Under the pieces are notes generated by a model, which saw nothing but the letters and a program-made list of their open reading frames with translations, had not been told where the DNA came from and made no database searches. The position numbers were made by a program, and so were the translations under genes. DNA of 64,000 bases from Caecitellus pseudoparvulus (taxonomy: Eukaryota > Protista > Bigyra: Bicosoecida): contig CBFFRQ010000049.1 of NCBI GenBank assembly GCA_965644315.1, forward strand, positions 62,001 to 126,000, in the 5' to 3' direction. Each line of letters opens with the position of its first letter. Position 1 is the first letter of the stretch. This document shows positions 53,981-64,000 of the stretch, piece by piece.

Positions 53981-55516
53981 TTAGGCTTGTGCTGCCTTCA
54001 ACTTGGCACTCAAGCTCTTTACGACGCCAGCCTGCTGCTCGAGGCGGCGACTCAATTTCGCTGTGAGTCGTTTCCAGCGCCTTTCCCTTGCTGAATGAAT
54101 CTCTTGCTGCTCTTCCAGCGCTTCGCGCCACTTGGAGTGCTCCTCTGAGGCCAACTCAGACACCTGCCGAAGGCGTGTGCCCAAGCTTGCCGCTGCGCAC
54201 TGCTCCATGTCTTCTCCAGTGTCAGGCGAGGGGCCCAGCCTGGAGGCCTTCCGCTGGTGTCCTGTAGGGGCTGCACTCAGGGCAGGGACTGGCGCGGGGT
54301 CGCAACTCGCTTCTGGTGTGCTTGGTAGCACGCTTGGGACTCGCACCCTGCGCGCCGCCAAGGCTGCTTTGAGGTGCTCGATTTGCTCACGGCTTTCGCT
54401 TTGGAGCAACTGGTAGCGCATGGACCATAAGTGACAGCTTTGGCACGATCCAGCGCTGCCCCCCAGCGGACTGCTGCTCGCCAGCTTGGATGCCAGGTCC
54501 GATGCGGGTGTGTGCCCGAATTGCTGCACCACCGCGGCAGTCTCGCTGCCAGTGCTGCTTCGACGGGAAGCAAGTACACCAGGGCTTTCACCAGATATCC
54601 TCACCAGTGACTTGGACGCTGGAGCAACGCCCTGACTTGTGTGCCCAGTGGGGGTCACTGAATCCAGCGCCTCCAGCGCAGCGTGCAGTTCACGGCGCCA
54701 GCGGAAGAGTGTTCGTTGGCTCACAAGCTTGCCGGGGCTCATGCTTCCTGGAACAAGCCAGCTCATCGCCCTCGAGCGAGCTCCTTGATGAGCCGGGGAT
54801 GGGCTCCCCTTGCCGTCAGGTGCAAGGTGCAGCTGCGTTGCCTGCAGCATCGCAGCTGGTGAAGAGTTGCGCCCGCGCCGCTCCCCACCAGACCCCGCCT
54901 TCCCACCTGCAGGCAGGGGGACCAGTGGTGACTGTTCTGCTGAACTACTTGGCATTGAGGGCTGCCCTTCCTCTGCACTGTCATCGTCCGAGGCGGAGCA
55001 GGCGCCGGTGCCCTGCCCAGCGCCCTGCTCTGGCAGGTCAGTCAACGGGTGTCTGACCTGAACCCCCGCTCTCCCACCAAAGCCTGGCTGTTGCCAGTGG
55101 TCACCAAGGTTTTGATGTGCACCTTGCTGCAGATGGGGTGCGCGTGCTGCAGCCAGGTGCACGCCCCGCAGCACAAACACGTCAGCCAGCAGCCCCTTCA
55201 AGCGGTCCAGGGCATCCACTGATGTGGCAACTTCGTACACAGCCTCCACATGAGCAACATGAATGTTTGTCGTTAGTAAGTGGTGACGCAATCGTGGAAG
55301 CTCTGCCGTGACGCCTTCCGGCCACCCCATGCGTGCGAAGCACACCAGTGATGACAAGGATGTGCCCACTGCGTCATCAGGGTCTCTGGCCAGCAGCCTG
55401 TCCAAGCAGTTGAAGTCCAGCTTTTCGTACTCCGCAGCTTCGCCGGCAGGGGTCGTTGGGGTTGCCGTGCTAGGCGACTCGTGCTGCGCCTGGGCTCCCC
55501 AGTGGGGCTCTGTCAT
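53981..55516 (-). CDS. Hypothetical protein with C-terminal coiled coil
   Basis: Long open frame with ATG 55516 chosen as start; helical N-terminal block, disordered middle, terminal heptads. Confidence 0.6.
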   Translation of the reverse strand: MTEPHWGAQAQHESPSTATPTTPAGEAAEYEKLDFNCLDRLLARDPDDAVGTSLSSLVCFARMGWPEGVTAELPRLRHHLLTTNIHVAHVEAVYEVATSVDALDRLKGLLADVFVLRGVHLAAARAPHLQQGAHQNLGDHWQQPGFGGRAGVQVRHPLTDLPEQGAGQGTGACSASDDDSAEEGQPSMPSSSAEQSPLVPLPAGGKAGSGGERRGRNSSPAAMLQATQLHLAPDGKGSPSPAHQGARSRAMSWLVPGSMSPGKLVSQRTLFRWRRELHAALEALDSVTPTGHTSQGVAPASKSLVRISGESPGVLASRRSSTGSETAAVVQQFGHTPASDLASKLASSSPLGGSAGSCQSCHLWSMRYQLLQSESREQIEHLKAALAARRVRVPSVLPSTPEASCDPAPVPALSAAPTGHQRKASRLGPSPDTGEDMEQCAAASLGTRLRQVSELASEEHSKWREALEEQQEIHSARERRWKRLTAKLSRRLEQQAGVVKSLSAKLKAAQA

Positions 55517-55661
55517 TGGTGCAGCGCTGCGCTCCCAACTTTGGCGAAACGCCTGCTGTGACCCAGTCGTGAGTTCGACTTTGAGCAGGCGGCACAGCGC
55601 CCGAGTCACGACAAAGCCTATGAGAGCACACTCTTGCATTAATCCTCGCCCATCGTCGGTC

Positions 55662-57500
55662 TTACCACCGTTTAGAATTTGCGACACCTGACGATTGGCA
55701 AGCCGGGCAAGCCCACTGCCCAGCGGGCACATCGTGCTCTGTCATGCCCACGCAAGACAAGTGGAAGGCAAGGGGACAGAAGTCGCAGCAAAGCAAACTG
55801 CCCACACCTGAGCACTTGCCGCACACTTGCTGGTTGCTGTCAGTGCCTGAGCCCCGGACCACCCGGTCGCCCCCTGCAGCCTCATCTGCGCTGCCGGTCA
55901 GCAGCCACGCTGCAGCCTCTTGCTTCACCAAGTCCCGAACCTCAGGCTGGGCGAGGGCTGCGCAGCGGGAATACAAGCCCTTCAGCCGCGCTTGCTTGGC
56001 CAGGTTGAGCCCCACAGCAGCCCCTGCCCTGCCTCGCTTGAGCGCTCCCCTTCTCACAGCTCCCACCCTGAAGACTTGTCGGTCCCGCGCGAATCGAAGC
56101 TCAAGAGGGGTACTCTGTGATGGAAGCGTGGGAATGCGTCATGCTTACTGACATGCGTAGTGTGCACAGGGAAGTGCAGCAACATCACGCACTGTTGAGC
56201 CCCAAATGGCGCCTACGGGCCCCACCTGTGCGCGGTGGCCTTGCCCGACAGGGTACGCCACTTGGTCGCTGTCAGGGTCCCAGGCCGCCCTGGCACCAAA
56301 CTTGGGGACAAGGCGAGCCCCGCCACGCCTGAGTGGCATCAAAGTCGCCTCCTTGCTCACAGGGCCAGTTGGCTGCTTGCCCGCCAGCCGTGCCATTTCA
56401 TCACTGCCTGCCAAGCCCTTCCCCTTGCGTCTGGCTCGGAGAGTTGCCCGGTGCTTCCTCGCCGCTCCGGCGTCTGCCAAGAAGCCACGGCAGGTCTCTG
56501 CCCCACACAAACACTTCCAGGGGCTCTCCCCGAAGTGACACCATTGGTAGTCGTAACTCAGCTCCTCCCCCGCTGAGATGTCCTTGACGGCAAACATGGC
56601 GACGCGTGTCTCATTCCCCACTTGCCACTTTTGGGTCATACAGTTGGGGCCGCAGCTATGGTTCAAGAACCTGGCAAGCCCGCCAGCCAAGCCAGCGTCG
56701 ATAGTGACGTCGGGGCCGATTTCCATGAGGTAGAAGTGGGGGTTGCCACTCTCCTGGTACATCTTCTTACGCCGCTCGACTTCAGCACGGTCGATGACGT
56801 CCCCCACATACTCCACGACGAAAGCACCACTTGGAATGTCCTGTGTGGCGAAGGCCCCCCAGCCCTTTGCCCCGCAGTACTTCAGCTCCACGTTCCATGG
56901 GTTCGCGCCGGCAGTGGAGAAGGCGCGGTTGCCACACGCCCCCTCACCAAAGCTGCAGTTGTTGGCGTTGCACTCAACCTGCACGACCCTATTCTCGCCT
57001 GCAGTGGCGCACTTGGGCGTGCCACAGGCCACTGCAACAGCGGCGTAGTCAGCGGCACTCACACTCCTCGTCACACTGCGCAGCGCCTCGGGCTTTGCAG
57101 CTGCAGCCTCCGACGCAGTCCGAGGCAGTTGCCAGAGTCAGGGAAACGTTCGCCTTCCTCACTGCAGGGCTCATGTACCTCAACTTTTTCAGCTTCTTGT
57201 ACGGGTGGATTGCCTGCGCAGCGCGCAGCACGTGGCAAAGGCCATTGCGTGGGGTGCCTGCGGCATTTGAACGGCAGCAGGCCACACCTGACTGCTTCGG
57301 CTCATTCCCGCTGAGAATTCACTGGATCCGAGCTCTTCTGCCGCATCAAAATCAATACACTGCACTGCAAGTGCGTGGCCAAGCATGCAAGACGCATGCC
57401 TACTGCTTGCAGGCGCCCATCGCAGCCTGTCCCCCCCTCCACTGGCTCGGCATGCTGCCAGCAGGGCCGCGTGCACACCGCTCCTCGCAGTGCAGTCCAT
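55662..57500 (-). CDS. AWS-SET-postSET histone H3K36-type methyltransferase (NSD/ASH1/SET2 class) with C-terminal PHD finger; spliced
   Basis: Spliced CSC..CDEECENR..EC..C..CGN (AWS); KGWG, EYVGDVI, RFLNHSCGPN, GEELSYDY, CLCGAETCRGFL; last exon CGKC..LLCCDFCPLAFHLSC..WACPAC. Start approximate. Confidence 0.88.
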
Positions 57501-57631
57501 GACAACCGTGGTGCACGCTATTGAGCAGGTGGCAAGCAAGTCAGTGCCTCCTTGGGGCAGGGTAGTTGTTTGGATTTTGGAGCCCCACGCATGCTGCAGC
57601 GCTGCAGCCACGCCTCAGAAACCTGCCACGC

Positions 57632-59471
57632 TCACACTTCATCCCAAAGGTGCTCATTCTCTGCTGTGAGGGCTGCAGCCGCGTCTTTTACGGCGTCCCC
57701 CACTTCACCTTCTATGGAGCCATCTTCCAAGATGGCCTTCAAGCAGCTGGCGATGTCTGCCTGCCGGTACACGGCCCCGCCCGCCCCGGCTAAATCCAGC
57801 CTGCGGCTACCCAGCAAAGCCTTCAGAAGCAACAGGTACTCCACACGCAGGTGACTCTCGGGCCCGAGATCAACCAGCTCTCTCAGGCAAATGTCAGCAA
57901 TGACACGCACATCAGCGCCCATCAGGACGCCCGCCGTGCTGGGGCGTTGCAGGAGATGGCACAACAGCTGCACAGCTGTTGACAGGCTTGTTTCCGGCAC
58001 CCGCACGTCATCTTCACCACCAAAGTCTGCCCTGTTACTAAGCACGGCAAGTGCTCCATCGATCAAATTCTGGCCGCGCGCGTCTCCCACTGCTGCCGCC
58101 AAGATTACGTCAAAGTCGCTGCTCTGCAAGCTCAGCAGCGCTGCCAGTGCGTCCACCCACGCGATTCGAATGGGCACCGTCCAAGGCACGACAGCTGCTG
58201 CCTCCAGCAGAACAGCAATACAAGCACACTGAGTCTCCACTGCCAGTGTGGCACTAGACTGCGATATTTGCTGCAGAATGGTGGCCAGGAACATCAGCCA
58301 GGTGGCGGCTGAATGTGCGTCCACCCCAGGCGACGTCCCTGGAACGGCACTTTTCACCTCGGCCCCCCCGAGCCTTGGCGGCCAGCAAACTGTACATGGA
58401 GCAAACTTGGCACCTGTGATGGCATTCCACAGACCACTGCTCGATGCTGCGATGGCATCGTCCACCTCCCATCCCCAGCGCCCATCCCAGCAACCGCTAA
58501 GCACCTCTGGCTCCACCTGTCCCAGCAGGTACAGAAATTGTGCTGTTCGAGTGCACAGAAGGGGCGGGGCCGTCACTTGCCAAAGACTGAGCAAGAGCCG
58601 TGGGAGGGCAAAGTCGTCTCGAGCGGCGGCGGCCTGCCACTCCTCATCTTCCCCAACAGCAGATGCCAGCTCCACGCCTGCTGCCACAGCTCGCGTCAGC
58701 GCTGATACGTTGCCACCACCTGTTTGCAGCGCCCCTAAGCCATGCAAGATGTCGTCACTGTCTGGTAGCCCAGTGGCTCGCAGGGCTTCCCACACCCCCT
58801 CCTCCTCGGCAATACTGCAGGCTTCCTCCACAAGCTCCTCACACTCAAGCGTCGCTTCCCGCTCTGCTTGGCTCACAACGCCTTCCGGCTTGGACCAGGA
58901 CGTGGCACCTGTCACTGTGTGTACGTAAAAGACATCGCCCTTCCCTGTGCCCCTGCTCTCAGTGTGCCGCTCCACCCAGGAGCCCCCTGAAGCTCCAGAT
59001 GAAGGGCCCAAAGTGCAAGGCACCACGTCCGTGTCGTGCCACTGCTGAAACGCTGCGGGGAGCGATGTGGGGAAGGAGGCGATCATGGCCTCCAAAGCAG
59101 GGTCTTCCACTGACTCGTGCAGCACGAGGTGGGCTGCTGCATGAGCTGGCGAGGCCGCAAGACCACCAGCGCCAGCAGCTTGAGCTGCAGGCTCAGCTGC
59201 CAGCGACTCGATTGCTGCTTGCTCTTCCTCATGGGCCTCTTCATCCTCAGGTCGGAGGAAGTCTTCATCTTCCTTGTCGAAGAGGGGCACGTCTTCCTCA
59301 TTCAGGCCGTCGGGCGGATCCCAGGAAGTTTCTTGACTTTCCCTGCGAGGGCAAGGTGGAAGGTGGCGGAACTTGATCCCCGTCGACCACGCCGAGCACG
59401 GTTCCGCACACGTTGTAGAAATAGGTCGCAGAGCCGTCACCCGGGACGCAACGTCGCCAATATGTCTCCAT
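57632..59471 (-). CDS. WW-domain protein with C-terminal SPIN90/Ldb17 (WDS, DUF2013) Arp2/3-activating domain; spliced
   Basis: WW1 YWRR..TYFYNVESQETSWDPP (across one intron); WW2 SWVE..VFYVHTVTGATSWSKP; C-terminal DVRVIADICLRELVDLGPESHLRVEYLLLL. Confidence 0.75.
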
Positions 59472-59760
59472 GAACCTGGCACCTGCTGCTGCCGTGTGTC
59501 TACCGCTTGGGGGAGCGGGTGCTCGACTCCTGGTCCAAGCACAAGCTTCGTGGGCGGCGAGGGCAGGGGCTGCTTGATCTGGGACGGTGCTCTTAAAAAT
59601 GTTTCCCCCGTTCCTTGTGCAGGCACTTGCCCCCAGTTCCACCTTGCGTTATCAAAAGTGTGCCTTCATGCTGACTTGGGGTGGCTGGCTCCCTGCGGAA
59701 TTGGACTTGGCGCTGCCAGTCGCCTGGCCTGAAGCTCAGAGCCAGCCTTTCGAGTGAGCC

Positions 59761-62700
59761 ATGGACAAGGAGCTGCTGAAACCCGTGGATACAGTGGAGG
59801 AAAAATGGCGACTGCTCCCCTCCTTCCTGAAGGTGCGTTCAGTCTGCACAGCCGTGCCGTCAAAGCGAACGTCCACACCCAGCACTGCCTTTCTGCTCCC
59901 CCCAGGTTCGAGGTGTCGTGAATCAGCACATCGCAAGTTACAACCACTTTGTGACAGTTGGTCTGAAGAGCATGCTGAAGGCTAACGCCGTCGTCAGGAG
60001 CGAGGTGCGTGTCTCACGCTCGCGCCGGCTGAGTGGCGCACTGGCTCTCACCGATCCAACTCCCCGTCGCCTGTACAGGCTGATCCCAAGTTCTTCCTGG
60101 AGTACGTCAACATTTACGTCGGGCAGCCCAACGCAGAGGAACAGGACATGGTGCAGAGGCAAGGTATGGCTGAAAGGCTGCACAGTTCAGCGCCAAGCGC
60201 TGTCTTCATTCCGTGCACCCACCCTGCACAGTAAGCCCGCACGAGTGCCGCTTGAGGGACCTGACCTATGCGGCGCCAGTGTACGTCGACGTGAAGTACA
60301 CTCGTGGGGATACAGTTGTTCTGCGTCGCAAGGTGGAGGTTGGGCGGTTGCCCATCATGCTCCGCTCAACACTGTGCGTGTTGACCGGCAAGTCCCCGGC
60401 ACAGATGATTGCCCTGCAGGAGTGCCCACACGACCCCGGTGGCTACTTCGTCATCAAAGGGACTGAGCGGGTTGTACTGAGTCAAGAGCAGCTATCCAAG
60501 AACCGCATCATTTTGGAGCTGGACCCGAAAGGCGACGTGTCGGCGTCAGTGACCTCCTCCACGGCCATGCGCAAGTCACGCACAGTCATTCACCTCAAGA
60601 ACAACTACCTTCACATGAAGCACAACACAGTGGGGGACGACGTCCCCATTGTTGTTGTGTTCAAAGCAATGGGCATTGTCAGCGACCAGGAGATTGTGTC
60701 CCTCATCGGAGCTGAGGATGGCTTCCAGGAGTACATTGTGGCAGCGCTGGAGGAAGCGTCGGCCTTGGGCATCTTTACCCAGGCGCAAGCTCTGGACTAC
60801 CTAGGCAGCTTGATCAAAGCCAAGCGCCTGGCTGGCTCAAGCTCCTCCCTCTCCCGCACTGACGAAGCGCGCAACATCCTCACGGATGTCGTTTTGGTGC
60901 ACGTGCCTGTCGTGGCATTCAACTTCAAGCTGAAGGCAACGTACATGGCTCACATGGTGAGACGCATTTTGCTGTGCGCGACAGGAGTCTTGGAGCTGGA
61001 TGACAAAGATTACTACGGCAACAAGCGCCTGGAGCTTGCTGGCCAGTCCATAGCCCTGCTGTTCGAAGACTCCTTCAAGCGCTTCAACGGGGAGCTATCC
61101 AGGCAGGCGGACAATGTCCTGAGCAAGCCAAGCAGGGCCTCTTCCTTTGACGTCGTGAAGCATGTCCGCCCAGACATTATCACCAACGCCATGGTGCAGG
61201 CGATCGCCACTGGGAACTGGTCCCTCAAGCGTTTCAAGATGGAGCAAGCAGGCATGACGCAACAAGTCACGCGCCACTCTTACCTGTCAGCGATGGGTCT
61301 GATGGCCCGTGTGCAGTCACAGTTTGAGAAGACCCGCAAGGCTGCTGGGCCACGTGCACTGCAGCCTTCACAGTGGGGCATGCTGTGCCCCTCTGACACG
61401 CCAGAAGGGGAAGGTTGCGGCCTGGCCAAGTCTCTCGCCCTGCTTACCCACGTCACGACTGATGAAGAGCCTGCCCCAGTGCACCGCCTCTGCTTCGACC
61501 TCGGCATGGAAGACATTGAAATGCTTGCTGGTGAAGAAATCAATGCTGGCAACTTCCTCGTGTTCCTGAACGGGTTGCTCGTCGGTGCTCACCGCCGCCC
61601 TCACGAGTTTGCGAGGCGCATGCGCCTGCTGCGCCGCCTGGGCATCATTGGGGAGTTCGTCTCAGTATACCTGCACGAAGATCAGCATAGTGTTCACATT
61701 TCCACTGATGGCGGACGGGTGTGCCGTCCGCTGATTATCGTGGATCCCGTCACGCGGCAACCCCGCATCACACAGGAACACATCTCGCAGGTGAGAGCCG
61801 GGCTGAGGGACTTCAACTCGTTCCTGGTGGACAACTGCATTGAGTATGTGGATGTCAGCGAGGAGAACAACTGCCTTGTTGCACTACGCGAGGTTGACAT
61901 CCGGGAGGGTACGACACACCTGGAAATTGACCCCATGACAGTGCTGGGTGTTGTGGCAAGTCTCATCCCATACCCCCACCACAACCAGTCCCCACGAAAC
62001 ACGTACCAGTGTGCCATGGGCAAACAGGCCATGGGAACCATTGCGCACAACCAGCTTGAACGCATTGATACGCTGATCCTGCTTATGTGCTACCCACAAC
62101 GCCCGCTGGTGCGCACGCGGGTCAGCGACATGATCGGATTTGACCAGTTGCCAGCGGGGCAGCAAGCCATCATTGCCGTCATGTCATACAGCGGGTACGA
62201 CATTGAGGATGCCATTGTCCTGAACAAGGCTTCGCTTGACCGTGGCTTCATGCGGTGCTGGGTCATGCGCAAGTACGCAACCACCATGATGGCATACCAA
62301 AACGGCACGTATGACAGGGTAATGGGACCTGCACCCCTCGCTGAAGGGGCGTTTGCGAAAAGCCGCATGGAGCGCATGCAAGCTCTCGATTCTGACGGGA
62401 TGGCGAGGGTTGGCTGGCACGTGTACCCTGGCAATATCCTCGTGAACAAGGAGAGCCCAGCCAACACGACGGAAGCGTCTGGTCTGTCTGCTGTATCGAC
62501 CACGCAGTACAAGTCAACGCCAGTCTCCTTCAAGTCAGGCAAGAGCACCACAGCCGTCGTGGACCGCGTCATGCTCACGTCAACTCCAGCTGCAAAGCTC
62601 CTCATCAAGGTGGTGACCAGGCAATGCCGCCGCCCCGAGCTTGGGGACAAGTTCTCTTCCAGGCACGGGCAAAAGGGTGTGTGCGGCCTCATCTCCCCCC

Positions 62701-63377
62701 AGGAGGACATGCCCTTCACAGATGAAGGCATCTGCCCGGACCTCATCATGAACCCTCACGGCTTTCCCAAGCGCATGACGGTCGGGAAGCTCATCGAGCT
62801 CATTGCTGGGAAAGCCAGTGTGCTGGATGGGTACCGGAGGTATGGCACCGCCTTCGGCGGTGACAAGACAGCAGACATCTCCGCAGCCTTGGTGCAGCGG
62901 GGCTACCACTACGCCGGGAAGGAGTACTTGACGAGCGGCATCACAGGGGAACCCTTGAGGGCGTATGTTTTCTTTGGCCCCATGTACTACCAGAAGCTGA
63001 AGCACATGGTCATGGACAAGATGCATGCTCGGGCGACTGGCCCGGTCACCCTGCTGACAAGGCAGCCAACCGAGGGCCGCTCGCGTGATGGCGGTCTTCG
63101 ATTGGGCGAGATGGAGAGAGACTGCCTCATTGGCCATGGTGCTAGCATGCTCCTCCAAGAGCGTCTGATGCTGTCTTCAGACGTTTTCACTGCCTACGTG
63201 TGTACTTCAGCCCAATGCGGAGGGCTGCTTGGGTACAAGGGCTGGTGCACATACTGCCGCAGCGGCAAGCACGTGACACCTCTGCGGCTCCCATATGCCT
63301 GCAAGCTGTTGTTCCAAGAGTTGCAAGCCATGAACATCGTGCCCAGGCTCCACTTGAAGCCCATGCACAAGCGCTAG
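59761..63377 (+). CDS. POLR3B: RNA polymerase III second-largest subunit (RPC2); spliced
   Basis: Pol III-type N-terminus [22 protein letters not shown]; [51 protein letters not shown] and [11 protein letters not shown]. Three 5' introns. Confidence 0.97.
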
Positions 63378-63569
63378 TGCGCGATGGGCTTGACGGGTGT
63401 TGCTGAACAGACACAGCTCCAATGCATGTTGTTGCGGAGGGTGGCCGTATACAAAACATAAAAAACATAACCAACCCCTGTCAACGTAAGACTAGCCTGT
63501 TGCACAACAAGGGGAGTGAGCTTGATCGCTTGTGCGCGCGGCCGAGCGGTGCGGCAGCGGGGCGGAGCC

Positions 63570-64000
63570 ATGTCTGCTGCAGAAGCTGCATTTACAGACG
63601 GCGCCCACCCAGACAAGCCTGCTGGCTGGCGTGTGGCCGTGAAATGGGACAGCGGAAATCTATATGAAGGCGTGGTCACTACTGTGGAGGATGGGAAGGC
63701 GCGCATCCACTATGGTTTGTTCAGCGGCTCGTCGGCCCTTTGGTGAAACGCGGGCAAAACGTTGCCGTGCCTTGCCGCCACAGACGACGGCGATCGAGAC
63801 TTGGAGCCGCTCGGAAGCGGCCGTATTTCTTGGCTTCGAAAGGAAAGTGTTGGGGCTCTGCAGCTGGCGAAGCAAGTCCGCCGGGCATGGCGAGGCAAGC
63901 CCGAAGAGACCACTGAGGTTTCGGCGACAGCCCAGCTCGTCAACATGCTGGTTGCAGCTGGTGTTGAGCCAAAAGCTGACCTGGCAGCCCTCCTCACGTC
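63570..64000 (+). CDS. Protein with N-terminal Tudor-like domain (runs off window); spliced
   Basis: GWRVAVKWDSGNLYEGVV..ARIHY|DDGD.. after an intron at about 63715-63783. Confidence 0.7.

Noticed and set aside
49759-63377. RNR, RNA polymerase subunit and epimerase as a giant-virus insertion
   Set aside because: The genes have spliceosomal introns and host-like codon usage, the polymerase is Pol III type, and there are no capsid, packaging ATPase or integrase genes and no visible compositional shift.

Overview
Gene-dense, GC-rich eukaryotic nuclear DNA with about 27 protein-coding genes. Introns are short GT-AG spliceosomal introns (mostly about 65-80 nt) clustered at 5' ends, and intergenic gaps are very short. 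The gene content (axonemal dynein IC2, SCLT1-like, TPPP) indicates a flagellated protist; a stramenopile/bicosoecid-like lineage is my guess and is not proven. Housekeeping genes: SCS-beta, RNR large subunit, RPC2, H3K36-type SET-PHD, nocturnin-like, Nudix. I found no RNA genes, transposons, viral hallmarks or CRISPR arrays. The most notable block is 30.5-46.2 kb: a PDK1-like kinase fused to a dead CPPED1-like phosphoesterase, a GEX1/KAR5/Brambleberry karyogamy gene, a kinase with the full plant CCaMK/DMI3 architecture plus a C-terminal CaaX, and a TmcB/C-like PAS membrane protein. An MSH4-like gene and a REJ/GPS surface protein lie further left, suggesting sexual-cycle machinery. Family calls come from recalled motifs and hand-spliced gene models; no database searches were run.
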